Below are positions 1 to 6,939 of a stretch of 18,621 nt of DNA, piece after piece. Source of the stretch: Candidatus Hodarchaeum mangrovi (lineage in GTDB: Archaea; Asgardarchaeota; Heimdallarchaeia; Hodarchaeales; Hodarchaeaceae); contig JAEOUE010000026.1 of assembly GCA_016839515.1 (NCBI GenBank), forward strand, positions 1 to 18,621, given 5' to 3'. A program made the position numbers and the translations under genes. The notes below the pieces were generated by a model that saw only the letters and a program-made list of their open reading frames with translations, was not told where the DNA came from and searched no databases. Each line of letters begins with the position of its first letter. Positions within the stretch are counted from its first letter, which is position 1.

Positions 1-2
1 AT

Positions 3-269
3 AATATCATTTATCAAGGATTCTCATTACTAACCGCCAATAGAGAGGTTTTAACCCATCCTAGAGTAATGCAAATGAGTAAAACAATGAATAAAACAGT
101 CCCACAAATAATTTTTAGTTTTGCTAGACAAATTGGTATTTTGCCATTGACGGGAACAACAAATCGGAAACATATGGAAGAAGACCTCGAAAGTGTAGAT
201 ATAACGCTGACAAAAGAACAAGTAGACAGTCTTACGAATATTTCGATTAGAAAATCCCGTGATTATTGA
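3..269 (+). CDS. Aldo/keto reductase family protein, C-terminal part (5'-truncated by window edge)
   Basis: The frame is open from the window start: NIIYQGFSLLTANREVLTHPRVMQMSKTMNKTVPQIIFSFARQIGILPLTGTTNRKHMEEDL. This matches the AKR C-terminal pattern (..K T.aQi.l.w..q.g..p.pgt....h..enl). The ATG at 69 is internal. Confidence 0.8.
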   Translation, partial: NIIYQGFSLLTANREVLTHPRVMQMSKTMNKTVPQIIFSFARQIGILPLTGTTNRKHMEEDLESVDITLTKEQVDSLTNISIRKSRDY

Positions 270-328
270 AAATTCGTCGAAAACTCGAAAGCCAGCTTTT
301 AAAATTCAAATATGCGTTATACGCAAGA

Positions 329-350
329 ATGACTTCATTTTTGAAGTCAT
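329..350. repeat. Perfect inverted repeat ATGACTTCA-tttt-TGAAGTCAT in a convergent intergenic region
   Basis: 9-bp arms with a 4-nt spacer, read directly. Flanked by smaller inverted repeats at 313-325 and 375-400. Function unknown. Confidence 0.55.
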
Positions 351-633
351 AATTTTGGAAAATTCTGTATAATATGTAGTTTTAGCATATATGAACTACA
401 CACCACGCAAAAACTGATGCCAAAAGAAGCAGAAAACAAAGATCCTGATTCTATGTATCAAATAAAGATGGTTTTAACTAAAATAGGGTAAGACTTTGTT
501 AATTCCGAAATTAACCATAAAAATTACTTTAAAAACATTAAAAGCACTAAAAAGGAGTTAATCTATGATGAATAAAAGAATGAATCCTATTACTCAATCA
601 CAGGTGGTTTAAAGGGATTTAGAATCTTTTAAT

Positions 634-2169
634 CTAATTTCCTGGGCTTTTTGGCCTTTTTTGGATAATGTTAATTAACCAATCAATACCTTCTTGGATT
701 CCAATACCAGTTTTAGTATTAGTGTAAAAGATTTTTATTGATTGATCTATTTTTTGATTAATCCCTAAAGTCTTGGCTAGTTCCTCTTCTGTTATAGCTT
801 GTCCGTCTTCATTAATATCCTCTTGATTAGCAAAGATAGCTATCGGAATGTCTTTCAGGTGATCCATTTTCAACATTCGCCAAAGATTATTTCGAGCTTC
901 GGGAAATCGTGCTGGATCACTTACATCAACAACATAAATTAGGCCTGCTGAGTTTTTAGTATACATCTCCCAGAGAGTCCTTCGAAATTGTAATTGTCCC
1001 CCTATACCCCAACCGGAAAAGGTAACATCTCCAATCTGTATTGTTTCAGCGTTCATCCCGATAGAAGGTGTAGTATCAGGAATCCATCTACCCGTTTTTA
1101 ATCGCTGAAGCATTGTAGTTTTTCCTGCCCCATTTAGCCCTACGACACTTATTTTTATGTCCTTTTTTCTATATAATGAATTCCCTAGATCGGGAATCCC
1201 TAAGTCAGCTCCTAGTTTAGTTATTTTTTCTTTGCTTTTTTGATCACTAATTATTGCCCAAAGATTTCTGGCAATATTTTCCTCATCATAAATATTCAAT
1301 ATTGAGTTAATAAAAGTCTCTGTTTCTTTATATATAGCAGCTGATAATTTAAATTGCAGCTCAGGACAATAATATCTCCCATCATCAAATAAAAGAGGAT
1401 ATAAATCTTGTGTATAGCAAAGTGTCTCTTTTCCTAGCTTTAAAACACACCCAGCTTTAGAATCTTGCTTTTGAATACGAAAGGGACAAAAAACGTGGTG
1501 ATTGTATGAATGAGAATCCATCGCTATTTTAAGGGCTTCCTCGAGGATTTTGACAGGAATTATATTGAGTTTTTCTCGTACATCCTCATCAAGAGAAATA
1601 TTTTCAATATTAGCAGCAGGAATGATTATATCCTTAATTCCAACCGTAGAAGCCTCTTCAATCATGGTTGTTACATTTCTAACAGGTAGAACTTCTCCAC
1701 TAACAGAAAGTGAACCCATCATGGCGAGGTCTTGACGAATAGGAAGTTGTTTTAAATCACTCATGATAGCACAAGCAATAGCAAGGACAAAATGATCCCA
1801 CTCAACACCATGAACCCCAAGGAATTGGATATGGACATCCATTTTAGAAAGATTTATCCCTGTAAGTTTCCGAATTAGAATTGCCACATTTTGGATAGAT
1901 TCTCTTGTGAGAACACGAAGACGCCCTGTTGCTATTATTCTTCCACCTACTCCCTGGGTAGGAAATACCTGAACCTCAATTGGAACAACCTGACACCGTA
2001 TACCACGTGTTGGGTCGCGTACTACAATAAGACTATTAACACGGCCTACCATGCTACCTGTGGTTTGAATAACCTGATATTCTTTTTTATGTTCTAGTCG
2101 TTCTCCACACTCTATACAGTAAATTCCCATATCTGGACTCTCAGCCCCACATTTGTTACAATACTTCAT
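634..2169 (-). CDS. Fusion protein: zinc ribbon + inactive LonB-type (S16) protease domain + Cys-rich linker + Arf-like small GTPase domain
   Basis: The N-terminus has YCNKCG..YCIECG. The segment KKEYQVIQTTGSMVGRVN..IIATGRL..DVHIQF..GVEWDH..PIRQDLAMMGSLSVSGEVLPV..IIIPAAN follows archaeal LonB protease domains. The C-terminus has GLNGAGKTT, TTPSIGMN, WGIGGQ..R.LW..Y, GLIYVVD and IFANQED. I placed the start at ATG 2169 rather than TTG 2265 because a promoter-like/palindromic element lies between them. Confidence 0.85.
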   Translation of the reverse strand: MKYCNKCGAESPDMGIYCIECGERLEHKKEYQVIQTTGSMVGRVNSLIVVRDPTRGIRCQVVPIEVQVFPTQGVGGRIIATGRLRVLTRESIQNVAILIRKLTGINLSKMDVHIQFLGVHGVEWDHFVLAIACAIMSDLKQLPIRQDLAMMGSLSVSGEVLPVRNVTTMIEEASTVGIKDIIIPAANIENISLDEDVREKLNIIPVKILEEALKIAMDSHSYNHHVFCPFRIQKQDSKAGCVLKLGKETLCYTQDLYPLLFDDGRYYCPELQFKLSAAIYKETETFINSILNIYDEENIARNLWAIISDQKSKEKITKLGADLGIPDLGNSLYRKKDIKISVVGLNGAGKTTMLQRLKTGRWIPDTTPSIGMNAETIQIGDVTFSGWGIGGQLQFRRTLWEMYTKNSAGLIYVVDVSDPARFPEARNNLWRMLKMDHLKDIPIAIFANQEDINEDGQAITEEELAKTLGINQKIDQSIKIFYTNTKTGIGIQEGIDWLINIIQKRPKSPGN

Positions 2170-2190
2170 CTCGAAACCCCAAAAAATGAA

Positions 2191-2227
2191 TAATATTAAG
2201 AATGACTTAATATTAAATAGCTTTTCG
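2191..2227 (-). promoter_or_regulatory. Putative BRE/TATA promoter with overlapping palindromic operator for the Lon-GTPase gene
   Basis: The minus strand reads CGAAAAG-CTA-TTTAATA (BRE/TATA-like), with the TATA-like box about 45 nt upstream of ATG 2169. A perfect inverted repeat TAATATTAAG-aatga-CTTAATATTA lies at 2191-2215. Confidence 0.5.
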
Positions 2228-2447
2228 AGAAATAAAAGTCCAAGAATGGAAATTACTTTTTTCAAGTATCAAAACAGTCTACTAAAAACAAGTCCGAGAA
2301 CTAAAAGTTAATAGCTTTCAATAATTGAATATCCAAATATCTACCATTATTCAACTTCTTCTTTAAGGAAAAAGTTCAGTTTATCCGAACATTCTTTTCA
2401 TCTAGGGAATAATCAGCACCTTGTAACCTTTTACTTGTAGCACACGA

Positions 2448-4862
2448 CTACCTGGTGCTTTGAATAAAAGCCTTATCATTATTTGTTATTAGTTCCCATT
2501 TCTTCCTTTCTGAACGAAGTTTAAACAAATCAACATCTTTAAAAATAAGCCCCTCTTCACCTTTTGGTATTGTTCGTTCAATTCGGTCTTTTTCCGGTGT
2601 ATAAATTAGTGAATCTCCAAATTCCGCAATATTTGCAAAGAAACAATAAGCATAAATAGAACGTCTTGCATCGAAATGTGCAGCTTTAAAATCCGCTGTA
2701 ACTGGAGTGAATGATGGATTGAAAATCAAATCTATTGGGGGTTCAGAATTTTTTAATTCTACTCTTAAATCCATGTCCATAAAATCACGACAGATAATTA
2801 TTGCCATTCGTCCATAAATGGTATCACAAACTATCGTTTTTCTGGGTTTTTCGCCGACTTCAATTCCTTCGGTAAACCTCTTTCCATCGTACGTAATTGT
2901 CGCAGGGATGTGTTTCTCTTGAGTCCACAGAATACCTTCTGGAGAGATAACAGGACTTATATTACGCCTTGTATCACGATCATGATATGATCCAGGGATA
3001 ATATACATATTATATATCCTAGAATACTCCTGTAAAGTATTTAAAAGCAAAGAGTGGTTGAGATCAATGGCTAGCTCAGAAAATAAGAGAATGTTGATTT
3101 CTTTGGAAACAGCTAACTTAATAATTTCGTTGATTTTAGAATTAATTTCTTCGACTTTATTTTCTTTAAGTCTAAACACTTTTGGGTAGAATTCTTCATA
3201 ATAATCACTTAAAAAATTGTTTTCAATAGGCAAACCAATTTGTGCGATCCCAACTCTAAATTCATATTTTTGTTTCTCGGGTTGTTCTTTTAATACATCC
3301 TGATAGATAAGTTGATATTTTTTTCTAGGGACTATTGACATTTGATTGCTAATACCTTGAGTAACTATTTTTAAAACGTCTTGGATATAGTCTTCAATTT
3401 GAGCCATCTTGAGACGTTCCTGAAGCGATGCATTGCGCTGGTTCAATTCTTGCCATTTATCAAACTCAATTTCAAAAGTTTGCCTCTCTTCAGCAATTTT
3501 ATGAGTCAATAAGTCGAGATTCTTTTCTGTGGCAGTGAGTTTAGCTTGATCGTAGTATTTCAGGGCTTGTTGCAACTCCCCTTCAATGGTAGCAAATTTC
3601 GCGCGCAACAATAAGGCTTCTACAATCATGGGAAACATTTGTTGGTCTTGAGCCTTATTAGAGAATTGTTGGATCAGGGTTTTCGCCTCCGTCCACACTT
3701 CAGGATCACCAAAAGATTTTACCTCAAAGAGGAGGAGGTCACAGTAATTAATTGTGGCTAATGCTGTCCATTCGAACCAAATAACCTCTTCATTAACAAT
3801 ATGATTCAGTAGGACCTGAGCTTGGACTTTATCTTTCATCCGTCTACTTTGTTTTAAGACCAAAGCCTCTGCTAACTGGCTTCTAATGTAGATCTGTTTA
3901 TTCGGGGTTCGAGTATGAAGCTGTTGAAGTTGGTTCAGGTATGCTTGTGCTCGAGTTTGATCCTGTTGGTCTAAGGCAAGAAGAATAAGATAGAATAAGG
4001 TATATGATGACCATATATTGTTCCCTATCACCTCCTCTAAGGCTAAACTCCGTTGAAAACACTCTATCGCCTTGTCCAGCTCACCTTTAGCACGATAGAT
4101 TATACCAATATTGTCTAAGGTCGTGGCAATATCTTGGGGGTTACCAAGTTCCTCCTTTAAGGCTAAACTTCGCTGAAGATATTCTAATGCCTTGTTCAGC
4201 TCACCTTTAGCACGATAGGCATCACCAATATTGTTTAAGGCTAGAGCAATGTAAAAGGGATTGTTAATCTTATCAAATAAGGTTAAACCACGTTGATAGT
4301 ATTCTAACGCCTTATCCAGCTCGCCTTTAGTACGATAGATTAGACCAATATTGTTTAAGGATCCTGCAATATCTTGAAGGTTGCCAATCTCCTCACGTAT
4401 AGCTAAACTTTGCTTCCAATGTTTTAATGCCTTGTCCATATCCCCTAAAGTATAATAGAAATTGCCTTGTACATTTTCGAACAAACCTACCCATAATGTC
4501 CCAGCTTGCCGTTCCTTAACCGTTAAGGTCTCTACAATAGAGTTTCCTTCCTTAATGGGCTCTAAAGCATCATCCAGACGTCCCAGTTTCCATAAGGCAT
4601 ACAGTTGAGCTATAAGCAACGCCAATGTCATAGTTTTATCATTCAGAGACACAACATTCGCACGGGCAGCTGTTACTACCTGTAAAGCATCTTCGAGCTT
4701 TCCTAAAAAAACTAAGGAGCGACTTTTATAATAAAGGCATTCAATTTGTTCGTTTTCTGGTAAGGAAGCAAATACTCCTTGGTGATCCTTCTTTGCTAAC
4801 TGGTCTAGGACTTCCTGATACTTACCGTTCTCATAGAGGTCTTTAAGGGTCTTTACCAGCAT
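2448..4862 (-). CDS. TPR-repeat protein with C-terminal carbon-nitrogen hydrolase (nitrilase superfamily) domain
   Basis: 40-aa TPRs (LNNIG.IYR.KGELDKALEY.QRSL.L.EE.GN) followed by a helical region. The C-terminal domain has FRVGIAQI, ILLFSEL (E596), IIPGSY, QEKHIP (K650), IIICRDF (C691), DLIFNPS and FANIAEFGDS, i.e. a Glu-Lys-Cys triad in canonical order. Confidence 0.85.
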   Translation of the reverse strand: MLVKTLKDLYENGKYQEVLDQLAKKDHQGVFASLPENEQIECLYYKSRSLVFLGKLEDALQVVTAARANVVSLNDKTMTLALLIAQLYALWKLGRLDDALEPIKEGNSIVETLTVKERQAGTLWVGLFENVQGNFYYTLGDMDKALKHWKQSLAIREEIGNLQDIAGSLNNIGLIYRTKGELDKALEYYQRGLTLFDKINNPFYIALALNNIGDAYRAKGELNKALEYLQRSLALKEELGNPQDIATTLDNIGIIYRAKGELDKAIECFQRSLALEEVIGNNIWSSYTLFYLILLALDQQDQTRAQAYLNQLQQLHTRTPNKQIYIRSQLAEALVLKQSRRMKDKVQAQVLLNHIVNEEVIWFEWTALATINYCDLLLFEVKSFGDPEVWTEAKTLIQQFSNKAQDQQMFPMIVEALLLRAKFATIEGELQQALKYYDQAKLTATEKNLDLLTHKIAEERQTFEIEFDKWQELNQRNASLQERLKMAQIEDYIQDVLKIVTQGISNQMSIVPRKKYQLIYQDVLKEQPEKQKYEFRVGIAQIGLPIENNFLSDYYEEFYPKVFRLKENKVEEINSKINEIIKLAVSKEINILLFSELAIDLNHSLLLNTLQEYSRIYNMYIIPGSYHDRDTRRNISPVISPEGILWTQEKHIPATITYDGKRFTEGIEVGEKPRKTIVCDTIYGRMAIIICRDFMDMDLRVELKNSEPPIDLIFNPSFTPVTADFKAAHFDARRSIYAYCFFANIAEFGDSLIYTPEKDRIERTIPKGEEGLIFKDVDLFKLRSERKKWELITNNDKAFIQSTR
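4010..4490 (-). repeat. Tandem 120-bp (40-codon) intragenic repeats encoding TPR units
   Basis: Lines 4081, 4201 and 4321 all begin tc(a/g)cctttag(c/t)acgatag...accaatattgt(c/t)taagg. 4081-4120 and 4321-4360 match at 36/40 nt. A fourth, more diverged copy starts near 4441. Confidence 0.9.
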
Positions 4863-5451
4863 TTTCAGTGTCTGCTCTCTTTATTTTGTTGAGTATGAAA
4901 TGTATCCAGTATAATCTGAGATATAATATATAATGGTTATTCCTCTATCTGATATGAGTCTAGCATTCACATATTTTGCTACTTATCGTATACTATTTGA
5001 CATTTTAAATTATGTTTTATATAAAAAAACTAGTTATACCAAACGTTTACCGAAATTGAAAAGTCTTGTATAGCTGAAACGATTATAACTGACATTTTGC
5101 GAAGTTTTACTGACAAAGATTACTCATACTGACAATTTCTATTTTCGATTAATGTCTGCTGATATAAAAGCTCTTTTGGATGTACATTTTAATAGCACAA
5201 AACTAGATAGAAAGTGCCTTTTTTAGCAGTAAACAGGTAATAATAATCAGTACATCTGCTAGTAGGCTTCAGATATATACCCTAGTATATATTTTTCTTA
5301 ATCTAACCAACGTTTAACACTTGAAAAGGTTTATATTTATTTTGTAAATTCTAAATGTTACTTTACTTGAGTTAATAGAAATCACAAATACAAAGATCTA
5401 TGTGTTCCAGAACTAATTCACTAAAAAACGAAATTTGATAATATCGAATTA

Positions 5452-6144
5452 TCAGTAGTTTTTTAGGAAGTTTTTCATCTGGAATGGATTACCATGACCA
5501 GGATACACAGTATTCAAAGATAAAGTTATCAATTTAGCGATACTAGTATCAAAATTTATAGGATTATCGATCAGAGAACCCTTTATTGGTCCTTGTTTTT
5601 CATTATTTTCAAGTAGGTCACCAATGAACAGATCACCCTCTGTTGTATGAAATCCAATAGATCCACTGGAGTGCCCAGGGAGGTGAACAACTTTAGCACT
5701 AAATCCATACTCAGAAAGATCATCCCCTTCCTTGAGGTATATATCTGGGGTAAATTGATCACTCTTCTTTAAACTCATCTTGAATAATGGTAATATCATT
5801 TTAACAAGTTTTCTAATGATTATATTACGACTTCCTCTGGAATAGAAGAGATCTCCATGTTCAACCATTCCTAAATCATTTTTATGCATAGCTATTTTGC
5901 TCTGATATTTCTCACGGAGATACGCACAATTACCTGAATGGTCAAAATCCCCGTGCGTCAGTAAGATTAACATTAGATTGCCAGGTTGAACACCAACGTT
6001 ATCTAGCATATTTTCAATGTTAATACGTTGATTAGAAAACCCAGTGTCAACCAAGATATAACCATTTTTGGTTTTTATAAGATAACAATTAACACCTCTA
6101 AATGTAATGGCTTTAATTAATCCAAAAGTATTTTCATTCAACAT
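5452..6144 (-). CDS. MBL-fold metallo-hydrolase
   Basis: Motifs VNCYLI, LVDTG, THGDFDHSG (HxHxDH with the 2nd His replaced by Asp), PGHSSGS, FIGDL and YPGHG. AGGTGA just upstream favours ATG 6144 over GTG 6150. Confidence 0.9.
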   Translation of the reverse strand: MLNENTFGLIKAITFRGVNCYLIKTKNGYILVDTGFSNQRINIENMLDNVGVQPGNLMLILLTHGDFDHSGNCAYLREKYQSKIAMHKNDLGMVEHGDLFYSRGSRNIIIRKLVKMILPLFKMSLKKSDQFTPDIYLKEGDDLSEYGFSAKVVHLPGHSSGSIGFHTTEGDLFIGDLLENNEKQGPIKGSLIDNPINFDTSIAKLITLSLNTVYPGHGNPFQMKNFLKNY

Positions 6145-6256
6145 TCTCACCTAATTTTTGTTGTATTAATTTTCTAATGACATAAATTGAACAAAACAAG
6201 TTAATTAGTTGTAGTGATTTGAAAAAAATTTAAACACAAAGAATCCTCATTACTTC

Positions 6257-6865
6257 TCATTTCACAAGATTCGTTTGAAGTTTACCATTTATTCTCTTTG
6301 ATATTGAAGGAATCTTGTTTAAAACGAAGGAGAGGATTAACCAACCTATAATCAGATACATAAGAATGAATTTAAGAAGTGCGAATGTCGAATGTGCTAT
6401 AGCAAGCCAGTTTGGAAATCCCATTGGATTAGTAGTCATCAAAAGGAGAAATATATTTTCTATTGCATCACAGATTGCACATAGAATACCAATCCTTGCA
6501 ATCATATTACCTAATTTCAGAGGTAAACTTCCTTGTTGATAGTCCCATGCTAGATATCTTGCACTACTATAGAAAAAGCAGCCATAAGCGATCATAAATA
6601 CATAATCCACGAGATTTCCTAGAATAAAGAATGCAATATCCTCAGATTTCATCATAGCAAAATATCCTTTGATTATTTCGGCATTAAATCCTAATTGAGT
6701 GTCATCCAATGTACCAGCATATCCAGATAATTCCAATAGTATTATCACTAGAGTAGCTGTTGTTAACACTATTGGTAGGCTAATATAGATTAAACGTTTC
6801 ATCAGGAGTTTTCCTGATGCTTTTAAACTTTCATTATTGGTTTGTTTAGATTCTTTCATATCCAT
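6257..6865 (-). CDS. Integral membrane protein of unknown function (about 4 TM helices)
   Basis: Four hydrophobic segments, with polar intramembrane motifs LVDYVFMIAYG and CDAIEN. An AGGTGA ribosome-binding site precedes ATG 6865; the track's GTG start is part of that RBS. Confidence 0.75.
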   Translation of the reverse strand: MDMKESKQTNNESLKASGKLLMKRLIYISLPIVLTTATLVIILLELSGYAGTLDDTQLGFNAEIIKGYFAMMKSEDIAFFILGNLVDYVFMIAYGCFFYSSARYLAWDYQQGSLPLKLGNMIARIGILCAICDAIENIFLLLMTTNPMGFPNWLAIAHSTFALLKFILMYLIIGWLILSFVLNKIPSISKRINGKLQTNLVK

Positions 6866-6882
6866 TAATTTCACCTATTAAA

Positions 6883-6900
6883 TGAATGAGCGTTCATTCA
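6883..6900. promoter_or_regulatory. Putative TetR operator 1, TGAATGA-GCGT-TCATTCA
   Basis: 18-bp palindrome with perfect 7-bp arms, in the divergent intergenic region next to the TetR gene. Confidence 0.75.
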
Positions 6901-6921
6901 CTATATCGATTTATTTTTAAA

Positions 6922-6939
6922 TGAATGAACGTTCATTTA
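6922..6939. promoter_or_regulatory. Putative TetR operator 2, TGAATGAACGTTCATTTA
   Basis: Second copy 39 bp from operator 1. The core AATGAACGTTCATT (6924-6937) is a perfect 14-bp palindrome and overlaps TTTATATA (6936-6943), a TATA-like box. Confidence 0.75.

Noticed and set aside
565-612. 15-codon ORF MMNKRMNPITQSQVV preceded by AAGGAG
   Set aside because: Too short to support from sequence alone; an RBS-like hexamer can occur by chance.
1550-2097. Short plus-strand ORFs 1550-1735 and 1891-2097
   Set aside because: Antisense shadows of the Lon domain with no recognisable motifs.
2170-2265. 32-aa hydrophobic N-terminal extension (TTG start) suggesting a membrane anchor on the Lon-GTPase fusion
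   Set aside because: It is AT-rich promoter-like DNA containing a BRE/TATA element and a palindrome. ATG 2169 begins cleanly at the zinc ribbon (MKYC..CG). Not formally excluded.
4010-4490. Periodic repeats as a CRISPR array or DGR template/variable repeat
   Set aside because: The period is 120 bp, in-frame and encodes TPRs. There are no unique spacers, no reverse transcriptase in the window, and differences are not adenine-specific.
2448-4862. Apparent GC step between the TPR and nitrilase halves suggesting recent domain shuffling
   Set aside because: Spot counts are inconsistent (25/60 GC at 3601 and 4081; 13/60 at 3121 and 19/60 at 2701, but 26/60 at 2881). A sliding-window/GC3 computation is needed.
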